NCBI GenBank assembly: GCA_944358545.1
Contig: CALVRJ010000002.1
Coordinates: 3,187-67,186 of the forward strand
Direction: 5' to 3'
Source: an uncultured Bacilli bacterium
Lineage (GTDB): Bacteria > Bacillota_I > Bacilli_A > RF39 > UBA660
DNA: 64,000 nucleotides
Part shown: piece by piece, positions 48,808-59,268 of the stretch
Position numbering within the stretch: position 1 is the first letter of the stretch
Layout: every line of letters begins with the position of its first letter
Position numbers and translations under genes: made by a program
Notes under the pieces: generated by a model
Seen by the model: only the letters and a program-made list of their open reading frames with translations
What the model was told of the DNA's origin: nothing
The model's database searches: none

Positions 48808-49773
48808 TTACTTTATAAAAGTTGCCTTTATCAATTTAACCTTATTGGCAATCAAACTACCATCCAAATTATCCTCTTTAGTTAAATCAGTTGATAAATA
48901 TTTTTTGTTATCATCAGCAAAAACAGTTGCTACCGGTTTGTTTATTTCAGAGCCAAGTAAAATACTACCTATTAAATTAGCCCCAGATGAAATACCAACA
49001 CCTATACCTAACTCTTTAGAAACCCTTCTAGCCATTTGTATAGCATCTTCATCATCGATTAAAATAACCTTATCGATTAAATTTTTATCCACAAGTTTAG
49101 GTATAAAATCATCACCAATACCTTCAATTTTATGTGGACCAATTATTTTTCCACCAGAAATTAAAGGCATATTCTTTGGTTCAATCGCGCAAGTAATCAT
49201 CTCTTTAAAATTTTCCTTTAACCTCTTGCTAGTCCCAAGTAACGTTCCACCAGTTCCAACACCTGATACAAAACCACCTATTTCTTCAGAAACTTGCTTT
49301 AATATCTCCGCCCCAGTTGTTTCATAATGAGCAAGTATATTATTTTCGTTACTAAACTGATCAGGATAAAAAGCCCCATCTTTTAAAGCCATTTTTCTAG
49401 CTTCCTCAAGACACTTACTAAATCCTCCGTCCTCTCTACTTATTAAACTAACCTTCGCACCATATCCTTCCATTAATTTTCTTCTTTCAATTGATGCCCA
49501 GTCAGGCATAAAAATATGCACAGGATAACCATAATAACTTCCGAGTGCCGCAAGAGAAATACCTGTATTCCCACTTGTAGCTTCAACTATCTCCATTCCT
49601 TCTTTAAGTTTTCCACATTTTTTAGCTTCATTAATCATATAATAAGCAACCCGATCCTTAATACTTCCCGTTAAATTAAACATCTCAAGTTTCACATAAA
49701 CCGAATTCTTTTTGCCTAAATACTCATAGTCTATCTTTACCATCGGTGTATTTCCAATTACTTTATTTAACAT
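48808..49773 (-). CDS. cysK: Cysteine synthase / O-acetylserine sulfhydrylase family PLP enzyme
   Basis: PLP-lysine motif GSIKDRVA, GTGGT loop, ~320 aa. Confidence 0.8.
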   Translation of the reverse strand: MLNKVIGNTPMVKIDYEYLGKKNSVYVKLEMFNLTGSIKDRVAYYMINEAKKCGKLKEGMEIVEATSGNTGISLAALGSYYGYPVHIFMPDWASIERRKLMEGYGAKVSLISREDGGFSKCLEEARKMALKDGAFYPDQFSNENNILAHYETTGAEILKQVSEEIGGFVSGVGTGGTLLGTSKRLKENFKEMITCAIEPKNMPLISGGKIIGPHKIEGIGDDFIPKLVDKNLIDKVILIDDEDAIQMARRVSKELGIGVGISSGANLIGSILLGSEINKPVATVFADDNKKYLSTDLTKEDNLDGSLIANKVKLIKATFIK

Positions 49774-49956
49774 CTATACCACTCTTTTCTATCTATATTC
49801 TATTAAAAAAACAAAATCGTTGTTAATATAAACATCTATTCTTATAAAACAAACTATTACTTAAAAAGTAATTTTTTGCAAAAATAATCTTTTTTTGTCA
49901 CATTTGTAAATAAAATGTCAAATTTACAAAAAACTTTTAAAATACATTTTGCAAAA

Positions 49957-50835
49957 TTATCTTCGTCTTACCTTTATCGTATCATTTTCAGTTAGTTTAC
50001 CAATTAACAAAGATGAATTATCATCGTGATTTTTAAAATTCTCTTGAACCTTTTCTTCATCATAATTCGCGTAACAATACTTACAAAAATGCCGGCAAGA
50101 ATTATACACTCCAATATCTACCATTTCGGCACATCCACATTTTCTAGCTTGCCATTTTCTAAATTTTTTTCCAGTTAATTTATAAGCTATTTCCTTAGAA
50201 ACACAAACATCACCTGAAAAACCATATTTAACTAAATTATCGTCTTCATAACAAGTTTGAATACTCATTCCATTTTCTTTTGCAATTTTACTAAAATTTA
50301 TTGCAATCTTCTTTTTCATCTCATCAACAATATTCTTTAACCTTAAATACTTCATATTTTTCTGAACATTTTTATAATCATCAACAAAAGAAATAATAAT
50401 ATGTTTAACATAACCATTTAAAATTTCACATAAATGTTCAAAAGCTTTTATATGATAATCCAAAGTATACCTATCATTAATTAAAATTGGATCATATCTT
50501 ACATATAAATTATCTATTCCAACCAAATCCTTTAACTTCTTAATCGCCAAAATTATTTTTCCTTTCGAAATAACATTAGGTTCCACATCTTTCTTATAAG
50601 GAGTTAACGTTACTTGAAATATAATTGGCTTATCAATTTCCTTTAAACAGTTTAAAATTGGTATTGGATTTTTTGTACAAAACACAATTAAATCAACATC
50701 TTCAAAATAAATTCTACTTATAAGTTTTGGATAAAAGGGATTTCTTACATCTACAAATCCTTCCTTATACCTATTCATAAACCACTTACTATAAAAAGCT
50801 ACTACATCAGTTCGTCCACTAACATTTAAAATCAT
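49957..50835 (-). CDS. DUF1848 family protein with C-terminal Cys cluster
   Basis: CGCAEM...CRHFCKYCYAN Cys-rich C-terminus typical of DUF1848. Confidence 0.45.
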   Translation of the reverse strand: MILNVSGRTDVVAFYSKWFMNRYKEGFVDVRNPFYPKLISRIYFEDVDLIVFCTKNPIPILNCLKEIDKPIIFQVTLTPYKKDVEPNVISKGKIILAIKKLKDLVGIDNLYVRYDPILINDRYTLDYHIKAFEHLCEILNGYVKHIIISFVDDYKNVQKNMKYLRLKNIVDEMKKKIAINFSKIAKENGMSIQTCYEDDNLVKYGFSGDVCVSKEIAYKLTGKKFRKWQARKCGCAEMVDIGVYNSCRHFCKYCYANYDEEKVQENFKNHDDNSSLLIGKLTENDTIKVRRR

Positions 50836-50917
50836 AAACCCACATCCATATTATTATAACAAAATTAAAAAGTTGTCGAAAATACATTATCGACAACTAA
50901 TTTTATTCATAAACTAA

Positions 50918-51085
50918 TTATCCTGCATTTGAATATGTATCACAAGAACAACCATCACTCAAATCTACAGCACAACTGCCATCTGGGTCCATTGCATAAA
51001 TACTACAAGATAACTCATCATGATTACAATCAATTTCATTAAAAGAATCAGTTAAAACTTTATCTGCAGATAAAATCACTCTCAT
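50918..51085 (-). CDS. 55-aa Cys/Asp-rich peptide, translationally coupled to upstream rSAM-SPASM gene (candidate ranthipeptide/sactipeptide-like RiPP precursor)
   Basis: Not in the ORF track (under 60 aa). ATG at 51083-51085 overlaps the rSAM TGA stop (ATGA). RBS GAGGAGGTG 6 nt upstream. Sequence MRVILSADKVLTDSFNEIDCNHDELSCSIYAMDPDGSCAVDLSDGCSCDTYSNAG has 5 Cys, each near Asp. Confidence 0.45.
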   Translation of the reverse strand: MRVILSADKVLTDSFNEIDCNHDELSCSIYAMDPDGSCAVDLSDGCSCDTYSNAG

Positions 51086-52314
51086 TTTTTCACCTCCTCA
51101 AGTAAACTATTTATATATTTAATAGAATTATCAATATATGGAGGACATTCATTAATTTGATTTCTAACACATCCACCTTGACATACAGGTAAAAAAACAC
51201 AGTTAATACATTTATCAGATAAATTTTCATAAATATTCATTTCTGAATTTTTACCACAAGCAAAATCACTTATCTTTCCTATTTTTTTATCAAAATTCCA
51301 AAAATGATGTTCACAAATGTATATATTCCCAAATATATCCAAAAAAAATGACTGATTATTTTGAACACCACAAAATATATTTCTTCTTCTTGGTAACGAA
51401 AAATTTCGATATTTACTAATTTTTTTAAAAATTTGCTCATTTATATTTATCTGTTCTTCAGTAGTAAATGCAAACTTTTGCTTATTTGTATCATCTATTA
51501 TGTATGAATAATAACAAACAAAATTCTTATATTTTTTAAATCTTGTAAAAAAATATGAAAAAATTTCATCAGCCTCCATATAATTAACCTTCGATAAATT
51601 AATTCTGACATCAACTTTAATTTTGTTTTCAAGAATTTTTTCAATACACTGTATCAAATTGTCAAAAACATTCTCATTTGACATATAGTTCTTACGTTTA
51701 TCATGCCTCTCATACAAACCATCAAATGTAAGCTGTATCATTTTTACTTTCCAAACGCTCTTCAGTAAATTTATATTTATTTTATTTAATAACAAGCCAT
51801 TTGTTATTATAGTTGACGAAAAATCAACTTTATATTCTAATAATTTATTTGAAATATAATCAATCGCATCCATTTTCATTAATGGTTCTCCGCCAAACCA
51901 AATGATTTCAATTTTCCTATTTTTAGAGTTACTCAATATAAAATCAATAATCTTTTCATAGTTTTCTTGACTTGATACAGTTTTTTTAAATCCCATACTA
52001 GCCTGATAACAATAATAACATCTAGCATTACATTGTTGAGTTAAAGCAATAGTAAAAGTAACTTTATTTTTTGAAGTTTTAATATATTGTTCTCGAGATT
52101 TTAAAACATCATTAAGTTCATCAACATCATCATCTACCAATATTCCATTATCTTTTAAAATATCTAGTTCTTTTTTTTCTATTAAATTAAATTTCAAATT
52201 TTTCAATCTATTATAATAATCCATATCAAACTCAATCAAAGAACCCCGTAATGTATTCCATATTACTGCTTTTTTTGAATTATTTGCAGTATAATTAAAA
52301 ATAGACAATTTCAT
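51082..52314 (-). CDS. Radical SAM enzyme with SPASM domain and N-terminal RRE-like extension (peptide-modifying maturase candidate)
   Basis: CNARCYYC (CxxxCxxC) ~100 aa from the N-terminus; C-terminal CGV...CINCVFLPVCQGGCVRNQ auxiliary-cluster cysteines. Likely start is ATG 52314, 2 nt after the gltX stop (the track's 52350 lies inside gltX). Confidence 0.7.
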   Translation of the reverse strand: MKLSIFNYTANNSKKAVIWNTLRGSLIEFDMDYYNRLKNLKFNLIEKKELDILKDNGILVDDDVDELNDVLKSREQYIKTSKNKVTFTIALTQQCNARCYYCYQASMGFKKTVSSQENYEKIIDFILSNSKNRKIEIIWFGGEPLMKMDAIDYISNKLLEYKVDFSSTIITNGLLLNKININLLKSVWKVKMIQLTFDGLYERHDKRKNYMSNENVFDNLIQCIEKILENKIKVDVRINLSKVNYMEADEIFSYFFTRFKKYKNFVCYYSYIIDDTNKQKFAFTTEEQININEQIFKKISKYRNFSLPRRRNIFCGVQNNQSFFLDIFGNIYICEHHFWNFDKKIGKISDFACGKNSEMNIYENLSDKCINCVFLPVCQGGCVRNQINECPPYIDNSIKYINSLLEEVKK

Positions 52315-52315
52315 T

Positions 52316-53743
52316 TTATTTATCTGCACCCTCCAACTTTTTGATTCCAAATTTAATTCTTTTCAACGTTTCTTCTTTACCTAACAGATAAGCAATTTCC
52401 ACAGCACCACCAGGAGTTTTTTCTTTTCCAGATAATGCAACTCTAACAGGCCATAAAAATTGTCCTGTTTTAAAATTTATTTTATTTGGAACACTTAATA
52501 ATAAATCATGTAATTTTTCAAAAGAATTCCAATCCCTAAATTGGTTTAGCTGTTTATATGCAATAATTAATGATTGCTTAGCATTATCAAAATTTGTTTT
52601 CATCTTTTTATTTTCATATAAATCAATCATATAATCAGGTAAAGTCTCAAAAAAATCAATCATTTCTGGAATATCAGTTAATACTTCTGTCCGTTTTTGA
52701 ATTATTTTACTTAACTCATAAACATCAATATTTTTTTGAATCCATTTACTATAATATTTCTTTGCTAGTGACATAAAATGATTAATATCCATATTTCTAA
52801 TATAAACACCATTCATCCATTTTAATTTTTCTATATCAAAAATAGCAGGTGATTTTGATATTCCTTTTACATCAAAAATTTTTATTAATTCATTTAATGA
52901 ATATATTTCATTTTCACCTTTCGGCGACCAACCTAATAATACAATATAGTTTAAAATTGCTTCCGGCAAATACCCTTTATTTAAAAGATCGTTAAATGAT
53001 GCATCTCCATTTCTTTTACTTAATTTACTATGTTCATCTTTCATAACAGGAGCCAAATGTATATATTTTGGAATTTTCCATCCAAAATCATTATATATAA
53101 TATTATACTTAGGGGTAGACGACAAATATTCGTTACCTCTAATAACATAATTAATATGCATTAAATGATCATCAACTACATTAGCAAAATTATATGTTGG
53201 AAAACCATCAGATTTTAAAAGGACACCTTCATCTAATAGTTTTTTTTCGTTTTTTATTTTGCCATAAACCTCATCCTCAAATTCTACAAAACCATCATCA
53301 CTAATGGTTTGACGAATTACAGGCACCTCACCATCTTCTATTTTTTTCAAAACTTCTTTTTTGCTAAGTAATTTACATGGATCCTTTATATTTTGTGAAG
53401 TGCCATCATCATTTTTACAAAAACAATAATGAGCTCCGCCTAAATCAATCAATTTCTTTGCATATTTTTTATAAATTGACAATCTTTCTGACTGAACATA
53501 TGGACCGTATGGACCGCCTTTTTTTGGACCTTCATCATATTTAATATTCATAGCATCAAGAGATTCATAAATAACATCCATAGCACCGTTTACAAGTCTT
53601 TTTTGATCAGTATCCTCTATTCGTAATATAAAATTTCCATTATTGTGTCTTGCTATCAAATATGCATATAAAGCTGTTCTTAAATTTCCAATATGCATAT
53701 ATCCTGTAGGACTTGGAGCAAATCTTGTTCTTACTTTATCCAT
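52316..53743 (-). CDS. gltX: Glutamate--tRNA ligase
   Basis: HIGN (HMGN-type) and KLSKR (KMSKS) class I motifs, 475 aa. Confidence 0.9.
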   Translation of the reverse strand: MDKVRTRFAPSPTGYMHIGNLRTALYAYLIARHNNGNFILRIEDTDQKRLVNGAMDVIYESLDAMNIKYDEGPKKGGPYGPYVQSERLSIYKKYAKKLIDLGGAHYCFCKNDDGTSQNIKDPCKLLSKKEVLKKIEDGEVPVIRQTISDDGFVEFEDEVYGKIKNEKKLLDEGVLLKSDGFPTYNFANVVDDHLMHINYVIRGNEYLSSTPKYNIIYNDFGWKIPKYIHLAPVMKDEHSKLSKRNGDASFNDLLNKGYLPEAILNYIVLLGWSPKGENEIYSLNELIKIFDVKGISKSPAIFDIEKLKWMNGVYIRNMDINHFMSLAKKYYSKWIQKNIDVYELSKIIQKRTEVLTDIPEMIDFFETLPDYMIDLYENKKMKTNFDNAKQSLIIAYKQLNQFRDWNSFEKLHDLLLSVPNKINFKTGQFLWPVRVALSGKEKTPGGAVEIAYLLGKEETLKRIKFGIKKLEGADK

Positions 53744-53919
53744 TTTTACACCTCACTCGTAATAATTTCCTTATAAAACTTATTATATCACATTTAGTAA
53801 AACTTTGTTATTCAAATTAAATGATTTTAAAAAAAATATATTTAAAAATTTGATTTAATCCAAAATCTTACTTTTTTATAATATATAAAAGTTATTTTAT
53901 TTGATAAACAAAAAACAAA

Positions 53920-54402
53920 TTAAATAACTTGTTTTTTCCCTATATTTCTCTTTAAAATACTTATGGCAGCCTCATGATAACTAATTCCGCCAGAAGACGC
54001 GCAATAATCTTTCAACACATAAACATCATAACCATTTTCGAACAAGTCAAAAGCCGTCGATAGCACACACGCATCAGTATCCACTCCAGCTAAATAAATT
54101 TCTGAAATTTTATTTTCCATAATATAGTCTCTAAACTCGTCATTAAAAACCGAATATTTTCCTTTTTCTAAAACTTTGTTATCCAAAGTATCAATCACAA
54201 TCTCACAATCATTTTTATCCATACATCGTTTATAATTCATTTTTTTTACAAAATAACTGTCAGAATAATTTATAAACTTTGTAAAAACAATTTTATCAAA
54301 ATAATCATTATTCAATAAATCTCTTATCTTATCAATTAAGAAATTTGTATTTTCATTTATAAAAGCTTTTTGCATATCTATAACTAATAATAATTTTTTC
54401 AT
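53920..54402 (-). CDS. Isochorismatase-family cysteine hydrolase
   Basis: MKKLLLVIDMQKAF N-terminus and catalytic Cys region (DTDACV). Confidence 0.6.
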   Translation of the reverse strand: MKKLLLVIDMQKAFINENTNFLIDKIRDLLNNDYFDKIVFTKFINYSDSYFVKKMNYKRCMDKNDCEIVIDTLDNKVLEKGKYSVFNDEFRDYIMENKISEIYLAGVDTDACVLSTAFDLFENGYDVYVLKDYCASSGGISYHEAAISILKRNIGKKQVI

Positions 54403-54483
54403 ATTCTAATCACCATTTTATTAACCTAACATTATTATATCACGTCTAACCTAAAAATTAAAAAAAACGAATCAAAAATCGCT

Positions 54484-55221
54484 TTATTTAAGTTTATCAT
54501 ACACTTCATCACTAACTGGTTCAAGCCACTCATTAGAAGTATTCTCACCTGGAAGTTCGATAGCCAAATGACTAAACCATCCATCCTTACCAGCACCGTG
54601 CCAATGTTTAACATTAGCTGGAACGACCACAACATCACCAGGCATTAATTTTTGAGCTTCTTCGCCTTCTCTTTGATACCAGCCCTGACCATCTACAGCA
54701 ATTAAAATCTGTCCGCCACCTTTCGTTGCTTTATGAATATGCCAGTTATTTCTACACCCAGGTTCAAAAGTCACATTTGCAATAAATAGTGGATCATCTG
54801 TCTTAGTTAATGGTTTTAAATAACTTTGACCGACAAAATATTTCGAATAAGCATCATTAGGCGCACCTAATCCAAACATTCCACCACCTTTTACTTCTTC
54901 CTCACCTGTATAAACTTCTTTCATAACTCTAAAAGCAGCCCAAGCATTTGGCCAACCAGCATAAAAAGCCGCATGCGTAATTATCTCAGCCATCTCGTCT
55001 CTTGTAATTCCATTCTTTTTTGCGTTTTCCATATGACTCTTAAAAGAACTATCAAACAAACCTTTACTCATAAGACAAACAATTGTTACTAGACTTCTAT
55101 CTCTAAGTGAAAGCTTATCCTCTCTTGACCAAACCTCGCCAAATAAAACATCATCGTTAAGTTCAGCAAATTTAGGTGCAATATCACCCAAATTATCTCT
55201 TCCCGCAGTTTGTTTAACCAT
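54484..55221 (-). CDS. Carboxymuconolactone decarboxylase (AhpD-like) domain fused to cupin domain
   Basis: N-terminal CMD fold region; C-terminal cupin His cluster (NNWHIH...H). Confidence 0.5.
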   Translation of the reverse strand: MVKQTAGRDNLGDIAPKFAELNDDVLFGEVWSREDKLSLRDRSLVTIVCLMSKGLFDSSFKSHMENAKKNGITRDEMAEIITHAAFYAGWPNAWAAFRVMKEVYTGEEEVKGGGMFGLGAPNDAYSKYFVGQSYLKPLTKTDDPLFIANVTFEPGCRNNWHIHKATKGGGQILIAVDGQGWYQREGEEAQKLMPGDVVVVPANVKHWHGAGKDGWFSHLAIELPGENTSNEWLEPVSDEVYDKLK

Positions 55222-55224
55222 TTA

Positions 55225-55686
55225 TCAATCACCTAATCCTTTCAACCATTTTTCAAATTTTTCTTTTTCACAAAGCTTATTTCCATCAAACTTTAAACTT
55301 ATTGCATCTTTTATTCTTGAACCACTTTTTTCAGCAATATCATCTATTGTATGACCAAGCCATCCTCCGTTAGTTACTAAAGGAATAATCGTTTTATCTT
55401 TTAAATTATATTTATTTAAGAAAGTATTTACTGGACTTGCAACCGTATACCACCATACTGGTGTCCCTAAAATTAATTCATCGTACTTTGAAATATCCAA
55501 ATCCATAATTTCTGGTTGATAATTATTCTTAGTATCGTCTACTGCTCTTTCAACAACCTCATCATAATTATCACTATAAGCCTCCACTGGTTTTATTTCT
55601 AAAATATCATATCCATATTTTTCTTTAATTTTTGAAACCAATTCTTTTGTATGACCCGAATAAGAATAAAAAACGACCGCTCTCAT
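55225..55686 (-). CDS. Flavodoxin-like protein
   Basis: VVFYSYSGHTK FMN-binding start, 153 aa. Confidence 0.65.
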   Translation of the reverse strand: MRAVVFYSYSGHTKELVSKIKEKYGYDILEIKPVEAYSDNYDEVVERAVDDTKNNYQPEIMDLDISKYDELILGTPVWWYTVASPVNTFLNKYNLKDKTIIPLVTNGGWLGHTIDDIAEKSGSRIKDAISLKFDGNKLCEKEKFEKWLKGLGD

Positions 55687-56036
55687 TTTTTCATCTTTCC
55701 TTCATATAAATTGATTTTATAATTAAGATAATCTAGTGTCTCCTTTTTCTCTTCAATTTCCGAAACCAACACCTCTTTTTGTTTCTTTAAAATATCGAGC
55801 CTTTTCGGAAGTGTCTTATCTCCTTCTCGGCTATACTTTGTAAACTTTAAAATATCATTTAAAGAAAGTCCAGCATTTTTCATACATAAAATAAATTTAA
55901 TCTCATTAATATTATCATCAGTATAATTACGCCTTCCAGATACTTTTGAAACGTTGCTTAATAGACCTATCTTTTCATAATATCTTAGAGTATCAAGTGA
56001 TAAATCAAACTCTTTAGCTACTTCGCCTATTGTCAT
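55683..56036 (-). CDS. MerR-family transcriptional regulator
   Basis: MTIGEVAKEFDLSLDTLRYYEKIGLL HTH. Confidence 0.75.
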   Translation of the reverse strand: MTIGEVAKEFDLSLDTLRYYEKIGLLSNVSKVSGRRNYTDDNINEIKFILCMKNAGLSLNDILKFTKYSREGDKTLPKRLDILKKQKEVLVSEIEEKKETLDYLNYKINLYEGKMKK

Positions 56037-56099
56037 ATCTTGCCTCCTACACTTAAATTATATAACTTAGACTAAACTCTAAGTCAAGAAAAAAATTAC

Positions 56100-56723
56100 T
56101 TAATTTTTATAAACCTTCAAATTAAGTAATTTAATCACCCATATCAAATAAACAATCGAAATTAAAAAGCCACCAATCACATCACTCGCGTAATGTACAC
56201 CTAAATATATTCTACTAAAACCAATAAGTAAAATTAAAAATCCGAGTAAAAACATTATAATATACTTTATTTCCTTATCATCTACCTTCGTAAATACAAA
56301 ATACATAAGAAGTCCATAATAAGCCATACTTACCATTGAATGTCCAGACGGAAAACTATAGCCAGATTCTTCAATTAAAAAATCTTCAAGCGGTCTATCC
56401 CGCTGAATAATTCCTTTAAAAATTAAATTAAGCAAAATCGAAACAAACAAATTTATAAGAATAATTAGACCCATCTTTTTATCTTTACTAAAAATTAAAA
56501 TAATTAAACTAAGCAAAAGTAAAATAATTGGATTGCAAAAATTAGTAATAAATAACATAATAAAAGTCAAATAATCACTTCGCAAATTATTTACAACTAA
56601 ATCGTGCATAAAAACATCGATATTCATAATATCATTATTATATACATTTTCTGTTATACTAACTAAAACAAACACAATAATAAATAAAACAAACCAAATC
56701 CAAAACTTCTTTACTTTACTCAT
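56100..56723 (-). CDS. PAP2-family phosphatase (membrane)
   Basis: PSGHS and SR...H motifs, 6 TM helices. Confidence 0.7.
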   Translation of the reverse strand: MSKVKKFWIWFVLFIIVFVLVSITENVYNNDIMNIDVFMHDLVVNNLRSDYLTFIMLFITNFCNPIILLLLSLIILIFSKDKKMGLIILINLFVSILLNLIFKGIIQRDRPLEDFLIEESGYSFPSGHSMVSMAYYGLLMYFVFTKVDDKEIKYIIMFLLGFLILLIGFSRIYLGVHYASDVIGGFLISIVYLIWVIKLLNLKVYKN

Positions 56724-56796
56724 ATGTTTTCCACCTATTTTTTAATATAACACAAATTTAAAAAACAATAAATAAAAAAATAGATGCTTGACACAT

Positions 56797-57822
56797 CTAC
56801 TTGTTTGGATCAACTAAAATTTTAATTGCTGAATCGTTACCTGAAGTAAGTCTTTCATAAGATTTTTGAACTTCATCTAAAGAAACAATATCAGATAAAA
56901 ATTTCATAACTGAAATACGTTTATGACTCATTAAATCAATAACCATTTCAAATTCGCGTTTTGTATAAGCAATTGAACCTTTCACTGTCAATTCCTTAGT
57001 TACGGCTAAAACTGAATAAAAATTAATTGGACCCGTTGCCACTCCAGCCAAAACCAAAGTTCCACCAGCCTTAGAAGCCATAACCGCACTATTTACAGCC
57101 GAACTATTACCTGAAGCATCAATTACAACATCAAAACCACCATTACTCTTTGCCATAAGTGTTTGCATAATATTTTCATCTTTCGCATTAAACCACTCAT
57201 CAGCAACCTCAAGTTCAACAGATTTTTTTCCGCGTTCCTCATTTACTTCCATCAAAGCTAAATAACTAGCTCCTTGTAATTTGGCAAAAAGACCAGACAT
57301 AAGTCCAATAATTCCACCACCAATTACTAAAACCTTATCTCCAGCTTTGACATTACCTAAATGAACAGCGTGCAAACCTACAGAAGCTGGCTCTACCATC
57401 GCCACTTCCTCATCTCTAATATTATCCGGAACTTTAATTACCATATCTGGTCTAATTGCAATTCTCTGCGTTAATCCTCCAGGGTTATCTAAAGAAAGTC
57501 CTAAAGCATGTGTCCAAGTTTCCGTACAATACTGAATATTACCACTTAAACAAGCCTCGCACTTTCCACAAGGTGACACTGGTAAAGCAGATATTCTATC
57601 TCCTACCTTCAAATCACTTCTTGAACCAGGATCGACAACTCGTGCACATATTTCGTGACCCATAACTAAACCTACTGGGCTTCCTGCATCCCAGTTATGA
57701 ATATCGGAACCACAAATACCACTTAAAATAATATCTGCAATAACCTTATTACCCTCGCTTTTTACTTCGGCAACCTCTGTCGTTTCTATTAATTTTTTTC
57801 CTTTAATTGCTGCTGCTTTCAT
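56797..57822 (-). CDS. Zn-dependent medium-chain alcohol/polyol dehydrogenase
   Basis: GHE motif, structural-zinc Cys cluster (CGKCEAC), Rossmann GGGIIG. Start moved to MKAAAIKG. Confidence 0.8.
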   Translation of the reverse strand: MKAAAIKGKKLIETTEVAEVKSEGNKVIADIILSGICGSDIHNWDAGSPVGLVMGHEICARVVDPGSRSDLKVGDRISALPVSPCGKCEACLSGNIQYCTETWTHALGLSLDNPGGLTQRIAIRPDMVIKVPDNIRDEEVAMVEPASVGLHAVHLGNVKAGDKVLVIGGGIIGLMSGLFAKLQGASYLALMEVNEERGKKSVELEVADEWFNAKDENIMQTLMAKSNGGFDVVIDASGNSSAVNSAVMASKAGGTLVLAGVATGPINFYSVLAVTKELTVKGSIAYTKREFEMVIDLMSHKRISVMKFLSDIVSLDEVQKSYERLTSGNDSAIKILVDPNK

Positions 57823-57959
57823 ATACCTATCCTCCTTACTTAAATTATAACACATAACCTAAAAAGAACAGTTATAAAATAAAACTGTTCACCATTCTTT
57901 ACACAAAATATACTTTTTTAATGTCTTCAAAATTAAAAGGCAGTATAAATATACTTGCC

Positions 57960-58424
57960 TTACTTAACTTTAAAAATAGTTCTAAATATTTTTCTAACAA
58001 TTGGTCCAGCAAAAAATATTTGATAGAAAAATGCCATTGGGAAATTTAAAATAACAGTCTTAACCCATAAAACTAAAAATATATCCCATGAATAATCCGC
58101 AAATAAAAGTGTTGCAATAAAACTCATTAATGGGCACATAAAACATACAGTCAATGAAGAAATCATTAAAGTTATAAATATAGGTTGACTTTTTTTAACA
58201 TCTAAAGTTTTAAAAGTAAAATATTTAGTTAATTTTCCAATTACAAAAAATTCAGCAATAAAAGCAATCACCATCATAATTGGAATTTCCTTAAATCCCA
58301 TAATAAATAATTTAGCACTCATTTCTCCAGTATTTAAATACACGTTATAAGTAACCATTGCATAAACCATAAATAAAACCATTATTAAAGTAAAAATAAC
58401 ATCTTGAAATTTTGTTTGTGGCAT
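57960..58424 (-). CDS. Hypothetical membrane protein (154 aa, 4 TM)
   Basis: ORF plus hydrophobicity only. Confidence 0.35.
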   Translation of the reverse strand: MPQTKFQDVIFTLIMVLFMVYAMVTYNVYLNTGEMSAKLFIMGFKEIPIMMVIAFIAEFFVIGKLTKYFTFKTLDVKKSQPIFITLMISSLTVCFMCPLMSFIATLLFADYSWDIFLVLWVKTVILNFPMAFFYQIFFAGPIVRKIFRTIFKVK

Positions 58425-58552
58425 ACTAATTAACTCCTTTTACCGCAAAGTAAAACAACATCAAATACATGTTGCTTTACCAAACAAATTTAGACAACTT
58501 CCAAAGTATACCACAAATAATTTTTTTTCGTAATACCCAAATTTAAAAAAAT

Positions 58553-59179
58553 TTAATTTTCTTCGTATGCCTTTTGAACAGTTATATTACTATCAACTAA
58601 AGAAACAAACTTCTTAAAATCATCATCACTGCCAACAACCATACCATAGTGATAAGGAACAACAACTTTAGGCTTCATTTTATTAATAAATTTTGCTGCC
58701 TCTTCTGCATTCATCGTATAAGTCCCCCCAATCGGTACCATCGCCACTTCACAAATAATACTTTCATTCTCCACTAAAGCATCTGTATCTCCTGCAATAT
58801 AATAAATAATTCCATCTATTTCCATTACATAACCAACCCAATTATATTCCTTCAAATGATATGGCTTATCCATATTATAAGCTGGAACACACATAAAATT
58901 CATATCATCCAAATCATATGTCTCATTCGGCTTAACTGTCACAATATTCTCTTCAGCAAACCCCATTTCAATACAATCATCATATATATCTTCTGGACCA
59001 ATTATTTTTGTATACCTATTCTTTAAATTTAAAATAGTTTCTTTATCAAAATGATCATAATGAGGATGAGTTATAAAAATATAATCTGCATCACTACTTT
59101 TTCCACGTTTGATTGGATCAAAATAAATAACTTTATAACCATCAAACTTAATACTACTTTGTATATTAACCTCAAACAT
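58553..59179 (-). CDS. MBL-fold metallo-hydrolase
   Basis: HPHYDH motif. Confidence 0.6.
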   Translation of the reverse strand: MFEVNIQSSIKFDGYKVIYFDPIKRGKSSDADYIFITHPHYDHFDKETILNLKNRYTKIIGPEDIYDDCIEMGFAEENIVTVKPNETYDLDDMNFMCVPAYNMDKPYHLKEYNWVGYVMEIDGIIYYIAGDTDALVENESIICEVAMVPIGGTYTMNAEEAAKFINKMKPKVVVPYHYGMVVGSDDDFKKFVSLVDSNITVQKAYEEN

Positions 59180-59268
59180 AAAAATATCACCTCTTATAAA
59201 AATATTTTATCACAAAAAAGTTTTTTTCACTCAAAAATATGATATACTTATAATAAAGGAGGCTGTCT

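Noticed and set aside
48800-49327. 175-aa plus-strand ORF
   Set aside because: Entirely antisense within cysK, which has strong PLP-enzyme motifs; Pro/Ser/Ile-rich nonsense translation.
52315-52350. Longer rSAM start at 52350 (MESKSWRVQINK...)
   Set aside because: It would overlap 35 nt of gltX in another frame. ATG 52314, 2 nt past the gltX stop with a GGAGGGTG RBS, is more plausible.
54435-54638. 67-aa ORF overlapping the end of the CMD-cupin gene
   Set aside because: Overlaps a better-supported gene in another frame; hydrophobic nonsense translation.
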